Positions 16,094 to 26,147 of a stretch of DNA of 64,000 nt are shown piece after piece. Within the stretch, counting starts at the first letter, position 1; each line of letters begins with the position of its first letter. The notes under the pieces are model-generated. The model was given only the letters and a program-made list of their open reading frames with translations. It searched no databases and was not told the origin of the DNA. The translations under genes were made by a program, and so were the position numbers. The stretch comes from Chthoniobacterales bacterium (GTDB lineage: Bacteria > Verrucomicrobiota > Verrucomicrobiia > Chthoniobacterales > UBA6821): assembly GCA_019747895.1 (NCBI GenBank), contig JAIEQF010000021.1, positions 1,207 to 65,206 of the forward strand, read 5' to 3'.

Positions 16094-17749
16094 ATGTCCC
16101 GCCTCATCTATTTCATTGCACTTTTCGTAGTCACCATTATTCGAAACCTTCCACTGCGTTGCTGCTTCCGGTGTGGACAGGCATTGGGATGGATCGCATG
16201 GCTGATACTGCCTCAATATCGTCGCTTGGCCCAACGAAACTTGCAGATTGCTTTTGGAACAGAAGTCTCTTCCTCTCAACTTCATCGCTGGACTCGTCAA
16301 AGCTTGATGATGTTGGGCGCCAACATCCTCTCCTCTTTAAAAATGCCTGCGATGCAGATCGAGGAAATTCAGAAGACCTTCACGATCGAAGGAGAAGAAT
16401 ATTGGGAAAAATTTATTGCCCGCAATGATCATGGCGGCACCGTAGCTGCGCTAAACCATTTTGGAAATTGGGAACTCAATGCTCAAGCGGTTGTCTGTCT
16501 CAAAATGCGCGCTGCGGGAACCGTCTATCAACCTCTTCGCAATCGCTTCATTGATGATTTAATTAATCGTGACAGGAGAAGTCGTGGCGTTGCTACTTTT
16601 GATCGACGAAAAGATTTATCAGCAGCAGCTTCTTTGCTGCGACAGGGAGGATTGCTTGGCATCTTGACCGATCAACATGCCGGCGACGCTGGCATCTGGG
16701 TTCCTTTTTTTAACAAACTCGCTTCTACATCACCTCTCGCTGCAACCTTGGCTCAAAAAACAGGCGCTGCACTCATCCCCATCACGATCCGCACTGTTGG
16801 AGTAGCTCGCTGGGTCATCAAGATTCACCCTCCCATCGCAACTCAAGATAGAGCGATTAGACCTCTTTCGAAACTCGCTGCTGGCGATAACCGAGCCTCT
16901 TGGGAAGAGGCGAGATGCCTCTCGTCAGAGAGCCCAAAGGGCGAGCAGTCGGGAAGACTGCGAGGCCAAGAGCAAGGAGAGGAGGCGCACAGACGAGGAG
17001 TGTATAAGGACATACTCGACGAGACGAGCACCGATGCGACACAGCTATTCGCGTCAGCAGTAGAGTCTCCAAAGAGGTCCATCGGTGCGATCACCTACGA
17101 CTTGGGCGAAGCCTTAGCTCAAGAAATTCGCCGCTCGCCCACCGATTGGTTTTGGGTTCATAATCGTTGGAAACTTCCTAAGCCTGCATTTTTATTGAGT
17201 CGCACTCGCCGCGGATTTTTTCTGCCAGAAGCAACACCGCAATTCGCGGCAACAGTAGAGTTTCGAAAGAAGTTACAACCGCTGAAACTTCTCGTTCGTT
17301 CCCCCAACTGGCTTGGAGACGCTTGCATGGCGCTCCCCGCCATTCGTTCTCTCAAAGCAGGTCGTCCCGATCTTCATCTCACGATCTTGACGCCAGCTAA
17401 GCTCGCTGATCTTTGGAAGGTTGTTTCAGAAATTGATGACATCATCATCATTCCTCCCAAAGCCGCTCCGTGGGAGGTTGCAAAGCTCTTGCGGCAGCGT
17501 ACCAATTCGAATTTGGTACCTCCGTTTGCTGCGGCACTCCTCTTGCCGAATTCCGTCCGCTCTGCACTGGAAGTTTGGCTAGCCAAGATTCCACGCCGCA
17601 TTGGCCGTGTTGGAAAAAAAGGAAAGTTGCGTTCTTGGCTGATCAACCAACCCTTCCCTGATGACATCGAAAAACTAAACCACGAACGAGATCAATACTT
17701 CGCCGTGGCCCGCTGGCTGGGAGCGCCGGAAACAGACTGTAGGCTGTAG
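16094..17749 (+). CDS. fusion: lipid A secondary (lauroyl/myristoyl-type) acyltransferase + N-terminal domain of ADP-heptose:LPS heptosyltransferase
   Basis: 551-aa ORF. The N-half has the LpxL/HtrB HX4E motif (ALNHFGNWELN) and the WFWVHNRWK end. It continues without a stop into LLVRSPNWLGDACMALPAIRSL...LLPNSVRSAL (GT9 N-domain). It carries an in-frame palindromic insert at about 16855-17083 and ends at a TAG inside a repeat arm. Confidence 0.7.
   Translation: MSRLIYFIALFVVTIIRNLPLRCCFRCGQALGWIAWLILPQYRRLAQRNLQIAFGTEVSSSQLHRWTRQSLMMLGANILSSLKMPAMQIEEIQKTFTIEGEEYWEKFIARNDHGGTVAALNHFGNWELNAQAVVCLKMRAAGTVYQPLRNRFIDDLINRDRRSRGVATFDRRKDLSAAASLLRQGGLLGILTDQHAGDAGIWVPFFNKLASTSPLAATLAQKTGAALIPITIRTVGVARWVIKIHPPIATQDRAIRPLSKLAAGDNRASWEEARCLSSESPKGEQSGRLRGQEQGEEAHRRGVYKDILDETSTDATQLFASAVESPKRSIGAITYDLGEALAQEIRRSPTDWFWVHNRWKLPKPAFLLSRTRRGFFLPEATPQFAATVEFRKKLQPLKLLVRSPNWLGDACMALPAIRSLKAGRPDLHLTILTPAKLADLWKVVSEIDDIIIIPPKAAPWEVAKLLRQRTNSNLVPPFAAALLLPNSVRSALEVWLAKIPRRIGRVGKKGKLRSWLINQPFPDDIEKLNHERDQYFAVARWLGAPETDCRL
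16855..17083. mobile_element. in-frame palindromic element (RPE-like), copy in lpxL moiety
   Basis: The termini gattagacctctttcgaaactcgctgctggcgataac and ctattcgcgtcagcagtagagtctccaaagaggtccatc are reverse complements of each other with few mismatches. Central gagtgtataaggacatactcgac. Translated without a stop as ...LSKLAAGDN...LFASAVES... Boundaries +/- a few nt. Confidence 0.75.
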
Positions 17750-17873
17750 GCCAGAAGCAAAATTTTCTCACTATACTTTTTTACAAAGAACAGTTCTTCA
17801 TAAAACGAAACGAGAAATGAAATTTAATCATCAATCACAACCCCTACAGCCCACAGCCTATAGCCTACAGCCT
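17737..17873. repeat. split-arm inverted repeat, GCCTACA/GCCTATA family, inserted inside waaF
   Basis: Left arm 17737-17752 ctgtaggctgtaggcc (supplies the TAG stop of 16094-17749). Right arm 17843-17873 cctacagcccacagcctatagcctacagcct (translated in 17817-18392). The spacer supplies the ATG at 17817. Confidence 0.9.
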
Positions 17874-18392
17874 GAGTCTAGCGGCCTGCTTGCAGCTGCT
17901 AGACAACGCATTGCCATCGCTCCCGGCGCCGAGTACGGCCCTGCTAAACGTTGGCCGACCGATCGTTTTCGTAACGTGATGGATCAGCTCTCTACCAAGC
18001 ATGAGATTGACTGGATCTTAGTTGGAACAGCCGCGGAACGTCCCATTGCAAAAGAAATTTTAACTCCTATTTTTTATGGTCATGTTGAAAACAAAGTCGG
18101 AGAAACCTCGCTAGCTGAGCTCATCCAACTTTTGCAAACCTGCGACCTTCTCCTCACCAATGACACAGGGACGATGCACTTGGCAGATGTCTTAGAAATT
18201 CCCACCGTTGCTATCTTCGGTTCAACAGACCCAACCCTCACTGGCCCGCAAGGTCCTCACCATCGCATTCTGCAACACCCTGTTTCGTGCAGCCCTTGTT
18301 TTTTGCGCAAGTGCCCGATTGATTTTCGCTGCATGCTCGGAGTCACTCCAGAAGAGGTTGCGACGGCGATTGAGGAACAACTCGAATTATAG
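17817..18392 (+). CDS. waaF: C-terminal domain of ADP-heptose:LPS heptosyltransferase (split from 16094-17749)
   Basis: 191-aa ORF. IAIAPGAEYGPAKRWP and TNDTGTMHLA match the GT9 C-domain motifs (PGAxxGxxKRWP, xNDSGxMHxA). The first 20 codons (MKFNHQSQPLQPTAYSLQPE) come from the repeat spacer and arm. Confidence 0.7.
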   Translation: MKFNHQSQPLQPTAYSLQPESSGLLAAARQRIAIAPGAEYGPAKRWPTDRFRNVMDQLSTKHEIDWILVGTAAERPIAKEILTPIFYGHVENKVGETSLAELIQLLQTCDLLLTNDTGTMHLADVLEIPTVAIFGSTDPTLTGPQGPHHRILQHPVSCSPCFLRKCPIDFRCMLGVTPEEVATAIEEQLEL

Positions 18393-18407
18393 AGCAGCGA
18401 AGAAATA

Positions 18408-18697
18408 GGGAGAAGATTCACAGAATACGTGCGGCGTGGCAGCCGCCGGATCGACTGCCGAAGGCAGCCCCGAAGGGGCGATCCTCACCGGAGCGAGCGA
18501 GTTGAAATGGAAGCGACGGAAGGGATAAAAGAAGAAATTTTTTTCATAAAATTAAATTTTTGAAAAGTGTTATCAAAATTTATTGGAAGCTAATTTTAAA
18601 AAGCAAAATCTAGAAAATCTATTTTTTTAGCATCCCTTCCATTGCTTCCATCCCTGTGAATCTCTTCTCTTCCCTGCTTTTCTTTGTGGCCATTTCC
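18408..18697. repeat. composite inverted repeat with nested GC-rich insert
   Basis: gggagaagattcacag (18408-18423) plus atggaagcgacggaagggat (~18506-18525) pair with atcccttccattgcttccatccctgtgaatctcttctcttccc (18632-18674). The left arm is interrupted by ~83 nt of GC-rich sequence holding the small hairpins ctgcc-gaa-ggcag and cccc-gaa-gggg. Followed by ttctttgtggccatt (9-10-mer family fragment). Confidence 0.7.
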
Positions 18698-18730
18698 TTT
18701 TGATTATGATAAACGACTTCACCGTTTTTC

Positions 18731-19864
18731 ATGAACCATTCTCCGCATCAGCATAACGTCGAGCAAGAACAACATTTTATTGTGGCTCTGGTTGAGGAAC
18801 TCCTCGCACGAGCGATTCAGTTAGGTGCTAGCGACATTCATTTAGAGCCACTCTCAACGCGCCTCCGTGTTCGCTTCCGTTGCGATGGAATTTTGAGAGA
18901 GGTCCAATCACTCCCGCAACAGTGGCAGGCGGCCCTCCTCAGTCGACTCAAAATCATGACGCAGTCGATGAACATTGCTGAGAAGCGCCTTCCGCAAGAA
19001 GGTCGCTTTGAATTAGAAAAAGAAGGGCTCGAAGTTCGCGTCGCGACGATGCCGACCTCGCATGGTGAAAGCATGACGCTGCGCCTTTTAAATCCAGCCG
19101 CTTTTTCACAAGGATTCACAGAATTAGGTTTGGATTCCAATGATCTAAAAATCTTAGAGCAACTCCTTCAGCGACCTGATGGATTAATCTTAGTCACTGG
19201 CCCCACTGGCTCTGGAAAAACAACGACACTCTACACCTGCCTCCAGAGGCTTGCCTCACAGGGAGCCAAGGTAATGACGATCGAAGATCCTGTTGAATAC
19301 CGCATCCCAGGCGTCAATCAAGTTCAAGTCCATGAAGAGATTGGATTGACTTTTTCTCAAGCGCTTCGCTCTTTGCTGCGACAAGCGACCAACAAAATTA
19401 TGGTCGGAGAAATTCGTGATGCCACCACGCTAGAAAGCGTCTTGCACGCCTCGCTGACGGGGCATCTCGTTTTTTCCACTCTTCACACTCACGACACTCC
19501 GAGCGCCGTCGTCCGACTTAAAAACATGGGAGCATCCTCTTCTTCATTGGCCACCAGCCTCCGCGCCATCATCGCACAACGTCTCGTGAGGCGATGTTGT
19601 GAAATTTGCAAAAAAACAAATTCATCTAAGTCTATCGGCTGCCCTCACTGTAACGGCACTGGCTTCCGCGGTCGTGTTGGCATTTTTGAAATCTTAGTGC
19701 TGGATGAATCACTGCGTCATCATCTTCATCACGCTACCTCGTTGGAAGAGTGGACTCACCTCGCGCGACACCGCTGCACGAAGAGCCTTCGCGAAGATGG
19801 CCTCATGAAAGTTGAAGCCGGGCTGACAACGATAGAGGAAATTTTCAAAGCCACACCCGCATGA
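18731..19864 (+). CDS. GspE/PilB-family secretion ATPase (short form, no N-terminal domain)
   Basis: 377-aa ORF. Walker A GPTGSGKTTT, Asp box, His box TGHLVFSTLHT, C-terminal CxxC...CxxC. ATGA overlap with the next gene. Confidence 0.8.
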   Translation: MNHSPHQHNVEQEQHFIVALVEELLARAIQLGASDIHLEPLSTRLRVRFRCDGILREVQSLPQQWQAALLSRLKIMTQSMNIAEKRLPQEGRFELEKEGLEVRVATMPTSHGESMTLRLLNPAAFSQGFTELGLDSNDLKILEQLLQRPDGLILVTGPTGSGKTTTLYTCLQRLASQGAKVMTIEDPVEYRIPGVNQVQVHEEIGLTFSQALRSLLRQATNKIMVGEIRDATTLESVLHASLTGHLVFSTLHTHDTPSAVVRLKNMGASSSSLATSLRAIIAQRLVRRCCEICKKTNSSKSIGCPHCNGTGFRGRVGIFEILVLDESLRHHLHHATSLEEWTHLARHRCTKSLREDGLMKVEAGLTTIEEIFKATPA

Positions 19865-21390
19865 ATTCCAAAGAAATTCTCCCGCTTTTTCAAGAGCTCG
19901 GTTTTGCGGACACTTCATCCATGAAGCCTCAAGATTTCTGCCAAGCCACTGCTGCGCTAGTGGGGACGGATGCGTCACTCCTCGACCCTTTTGAAATCGA
20001 TTTTTCTTTAAAAAAAGTTTTCCCTCCAGCGTTGGCTGCCCGTTGTCAAGCGGTTCCGCTCACACGAGAGGAGCATCATCTCTGCGTAGCGCTCGTTGAT
20101 CCTTTTGATGGGGAGGCGCTCGCTCTCCTCCGTTTTATGCTGGATGAACCCATCGAGCAAATCGTGGCTCCTCCAGAACGAGTCAAAGAACTTTTAGAAT
20201 GCTACTGCAGCAGTGAAAGCAATTCCTTTACGCCAGTGGCAGACCATCTGGAACAGCTGCTCGAACATGCGGTCGCCACACAGGCGAGCGATCTTCATCT
20301 GGAGCCTTCGGAGCAAGGTTGGACGATCCGCTATCGGATTGATGGTGTGTTACAGGAGCATCCCTCTTTTTCAAAATCACGAGGACTCGCGATGGTCTCT
20401 CGTCTAAAACTGATGGCTCATTTGGACATTGCCGAGCAACGTCGCTCTCAAGATGGACGTTTGGAATATCGATCGCGCAACGATCGCAACAGTCCCTCTT
20501 CAGCTTTTCGTGTGGCGACTCTCCCAACGCAGTTTGGAGAGAGCTTGGTTTTGCGACTTCTCGATCGTCGCGCGACTTGCCTAGATCTGGAGCAATTATC
20601 TTTTCCGCCCACTGTGCGAAAGGCGCTGCTCGAGCTCCTGCTGGAGCCTTATGGATTGTTCATCGTGACCGGCCCGACTGGTTCCGGAAAAACGACAACG
20701 CTCTATTCTTGCCTGCAACATCTCCATCACGAAACGATCAAAATTGTCACCGCAGAAGATCCGGTCGAATATGAATTGGAAGGGGTGTTGCAAATTCCAA
20801 TCAACGAGGCGATCGGGCTCTCCTTCCCTCGCACCTTGCGTTCGCTGCTACGTCACGACCCTGACATCATCATGGTTGGAGAGACCCGCGACGCGGCAAC
20901 AGCGAAGATGGCGCTCCAAGCCTCACTGACAGGACATCGTGTCCTGACCACGCTGCACACAGGAGATGCAGCTGGAGCAATTGCGCGCCTATTAGAAATG
21001 GGAGGCGAGGCAACAACTTTGGCGACGGTCTTGCGAGGCGTGTTGGCGCAACGTTTGCTGCGCACGATCTGCCCAGCATGCCGCATGGCCTATCAGCCAG
21101 GAGAAAAATTACTCGCCTCACTCGGACTCTCGCACACGCCAAACGATTTTCATTTCTATCGAGGTGAAGGATGCGACGCTTGCCAACAGACAGGCTACGC
21201 CGGGCGACAAGCAATTTTTGAATTATTTTTAGCGACCGATGAAATTCAAAATCTAATCCACCAAGGCGCCTCGCACTTGCTCCTCCGAGAAAAAGCCATC
21301 GAACAAGGAATGGTTCCGCTCCGCGCAGAGGCTCTGCGACTGCTTTGCGAAGGAATCACCACCGCAGAAGAAGTGCTGCAGTGGACATAG
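19861..21390 (+). CDS. GspE/PilB-family secretion ATPase with T2SS-E N-terminal domain
   Basis: 509-aa ORF. N-terminal domain (AARCQAVPLTREEHHLCVALVDPFD), Walker A GPTGSGKTTT, TGHRVLTTLHT, CPAC...CDAC. Confidence 0.8.
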   Translation: MNSKEILPLFQELGFADTSSMKPQDFCQATAALVGTDASLLDPFEIDFSLKKVFPPALAARCQAVPLTREEHHLCVALVDPFDGEALALLRFMLDEPIEQIVAPPERVKELLECYCSSESNSFTPVADHLEQLLEHAVATQASDLHLEPSEQGWTIRYRIDGVLQEHPSFSKSRGLAMVSRLKLMAHLDIAEQRRSQDGRLEYRSRNDRNSPSSAFRVATLPTQFGESLVLRLLDRRATCLDLEQLSFPPTVRKALLELLLEPYGLFIVTGPTGSGKTTTLYSCLQHLHHETIKIVTAEDPVEYELEGVLQIPINEAIGLSFPRTLRSLLRHDPDIIMVGETRDAATAKMALQASLTGHRVLTTLHTGDAAGAIARLLEMGGEATTLATVLRGVLAQRLLRTICPACRMAYQPGEKLLASLGLSHTPNDFHFYRGEGCDACQQTGYAGRQAIFELFLATDEIQNLIHQGASHLLLREKAIEQGMVPLRAEALRLLCEGITTAEEVLQWT

Positions 21391-21400
21391 AGCCTACCCA

Positions 21401-21420
21401 AAAAAGACAGCGTCTTTTTT
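21401..21420 (+). terminator. weak hairpin plus T-run after gspE-like gene 2
   Basis: aaaaagac-agc-gtcttttttt begins 11 nt after the stop at 21390. The stem is mostly A-U, so terminator strength is doubtful. Confidence 0.3.
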
Positions 21421-21475
21421 TGAACAGGCTCAGTTTGAGTTATCTAGGCTTCGCTAACAATAAACACGAGGAATA

Positions 21476-21540
21476 GGGACCAGTCCCATAGATCGTTATA
21501 TTTGGTGCCAGTGCATTAGTTTTTAATCTAATTGCCAATA
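21476..21540. repeat. solo copy of the Rpn-gene 5' block
   Basis: gggaccagtcccatagatcgttatatttggtgccagtgcattag closely matches 56765- (gggggcagtcccatagatcgtcacatttggtgccagttcattac), but no Rpn ORF follows directly. Confidence 0.65.
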
Positions 21541-21598
21541 GACTTAAAAAAGACCTTTTCCTTTTCTCCTCATTTTTGATTCGACAGCACCTCCTTTT

Positions 21599-22246
21599 TT
21601 GAAAGATCCTCTAGCGACTCTAATTTTTATGTCCATCGAATCTTCTATTATCTCTCCAGCCTCTCCACCGCTCTTCGATCTTTTTTGGGAAGAGCATCGC
21701 CAAAAAATTCTCCTCACTCTTGCTGGTATTCTTTTCCTCTTGCTTGCGATAGGGGGCATTTTGCTCTTGCGGCACTCTCGTCGCCTTGCCTCGGAGAGCC
21801 TCCTGGCACAGAGTGCTGATATTGCAAGTTGGCAAAAAGTCATCACCTCCTATCCTGGCTCTGGCGCTGCTGCGAATGCCATGCTCTTGATCGCTGCTGC
21901 TCAACGTCAGGCTCACAATCTGGAGCAGGCCAATGCAACCTATGCGCAATTCCTAGAAAAATTTCCGCATCACCCGCTCGCCATCTCGGCCATGATTGGT
22001 TGCGCACTCAATGACGACATGGCCGGACATTCCGATCAAGCGCTAGATGAGCTCCAACAAGCCTCCGTCGCCTATCCCAAATCGTATGGAGCTCCCTTTG
22101 CACTCTGGATGAGGGCCCGGATCTTGGCCCGCATGGGCAAAATGGAAGATTCCAAAAAGACAATCCAGATGATCTCCACGCAATACCCTGATTCTTTTGT
22201 CAACAACATGCTCCTGCGTCAGCGGATGGAGCAACTACCAAGGTAG
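21599..22246 (+). CDS. membrane-anchored TPR-like protein
   Basis: 215-aa ORF (start possibly ATG 21629, MSIESS...). One TM helix (ILLTLAGILFLLLAIGGILLL) then helical-repeat sequence resembling YbgF/YfgM-type TPR proteins. Function not inferable. Confidence 0.4.
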   Translation: MKDPLATLIFMSIESSIISPASPPLFDLFWEEHRQKILLTLAGILFLLLAIGGILLLRHSRRLASESLLAQSADIASWQKVITSYPGSGAAANAMLLIAAAQRQAHNLEQANATYAQFLEKFPHHPLAISAMIGCALNDDMAGHSDQALDELQQASVAYPKSYGAPFALWMRARILARMGKMEDSKKTIQMISTQYPDSFVNNMLLRQRMEQLPR

Positions 22247-22258
22247 AAATCTTGCTAG

Positions 22259-22342
22259 TGTTGAAGCGTTGAGAGCTTGAAACGTTGAAGAGCCGGTAAC
22301 TTTGTCTCTTGTAACTATTTCAACGCTTCAACGTTTCAACCT
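22259..22342. repeat. split-arm inverted repeat, GTTGAAG(C) family, short spacer
   Basis: gtgttgaagcgttgagagcttgaaacgttgaag ... ttcaacgcttcaacgtttcaacc, with a spacer of about 28 nt. Confidence 0.85.
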
Positions 22343-22468
22343 TGTTCGTAGTAATAAACAATGTTCTTGTTTCAAATAGAGCGGTTGCCTTGGCCTGCAA
22401 TGATCTTCAAATACTCCCCCGTTCCGATTTGACACACCTTGACATGCTCGTGTATCTTGCTTGGTCCT

Positions 22469-23371
22469 ATGAAACCGAAGAAGTTGATTCAATTTGATTG
22501 GGCGATCAAGACGCTTTTGCGGAACAAAAGCCATTTTCCGATTCTGGAAGGTTTTCTCTCAGAGTTATTGGAAACGGATGTAAAAATTGAGTCGCTTTTA
22601 GAAAGCGAGTCCAACAAAAAATATGCCGAGGACAAATCGAATCGCGTTGATCTTTTAGCCGAGCTCAAGAGCGGAGAGAAAGTCATCATCGAAGTCCAAT
22701 GCGCTCATCAATGGGATTTTTTCTCGCGGATGTTGTATGGCGTTTCTAAAGTCGTGACAGAACACCTGAAAGAAGGAACCGAGTATGGAACCATGCCACG
22801 TGTCATCTCCGTCAACATTGTCTACTTCGATTTGGGCCATGGCGAAGATTACATCTATCATGGAACGACCGATTTTAAAGGCCTTCACAAAAAAGATATT
22901 TTGCAGCTGAGCGCGAAAGAAAAAGAACATTATCCTGCGCGAATCGATCACGTTTCCAAAGTATTTCCAGAATACTACGTTTTAAAAGTCAGCGCATTTG
23001 ATTTAAAAATTAAGGACACCCTCGATGAGTGGATCTACACGTTGCAACAGTCGGAGGTCCGACCTGAGTTTAAAGCCAAAGGGCTTCAGGAGGCCGCTAA
23101 TCAATTAAGCATTCTTCAACTTTCGGATGCCGAGCGTGCCGCATATGAGCGTCATGTTGGTGATAACAGAGATTCAAAGAGCATTTGGCGAACCTACTAC
23201 AGCGATGGAAAAAGGGAAGGTTTAGCGCAGGGTCTTGAACAAGGACGCGCTGAAGAAAGAGCCGCTGTGATTAGCAATCTGTATCGTTTGAGATTGCCAC
23301 TAGAGCAGATTGCTGCAGCAGTAGAACTTTCTTCTGAAGAAGTCCAAGAAATTATTTCTTCTAAAAAATAG
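22469..23371 (+). CDS. Rpn/YhgA-like PD-(D/E)XK nuclease family putative transposase, copy 1
   Basis: MKPKKLIQFDWAIKTLLRNKSHFPILEGFLSELL...DKSNRVDLLAELKSGEKVIIEVQ (D...E.Q/K nuclease core) and C-terminal ISNLYRLRLPLEQIAAAVELS helix-rich tail. Paralogue of 53848-54714 and 56904-57782. The ATG at 22469 is chosen by alignment with the other copies. Confidence 0.7.
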   Translation: MKPKKLIQFDWAIKTLLRNKSHFPILEGFLSELLETDVKIESLLESESNKKYAEDKSNRVDLLAELKSGEKVIIEVQCAHQWDFFSRMLYGVSKVVTEHLKEGTEYGTMPRVISVNIVYFDLGHGEDYIYHGTTDFKGLHKKDILQLSAKEKEHYPARIDHVSKVFPEYYVLKVSAFDLKIKDTLDEWIYTLQQSEVRPEFKAKGLQEAANQLSILQLSDAERAAYERHVGDNRDSKSIWRTYYSDGKREGLAQGLEQGRAEERAAVISNLYRLRLPLEQIAAAVELSSEEVQEIISSKK

Positions 23372-23443
23372 AACCTTTCAAAAAAGCGTTGCTCCCTCCG
23401 CTGCGCTTCTCTAGAGTTAAGGGCTATTATTGATCCTTCTTAA

Positions 23444-26032
<2,589 letters not shown>

Positions 26033-26042
26033 AGAAAGAGTT

Positions 26043-26142
26043 AATAGCCACAAAAGAACACAAAGAGCACAAAAAATAGGCATGCAAAAATTGAAAGCTC
26101 TTTAATTCTTCTTTGTGTTCCTTGTGTTCTTTTGTGGCTATT
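26043..26142. mobile_element. ~100-bp MITE-like element of the (A/G)CAAAGAAC family, copy A (between convergent gyrB and nadB)
   Basis: aatagccacaaaagaacacaaagagcacaaaaaataggcatgcaaaaattgaaagctctttaattcttctttgtgttccttgtgttcttttgtggctatt. Nearly identical to 41514-41615, including the spacer. Confidence 0.8.
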
Positions 26143-26147
26143 CTCTT

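Noticed and set aside
16843-17094. Two minus-strand ORFs (83 and 71 aa) inside the lpxL insert
   Set aside because: They coincide with the palindromic element. A dyad-symmetric sequence that is open on one strand tends to be open on the other. There is no independent evidence of coding.
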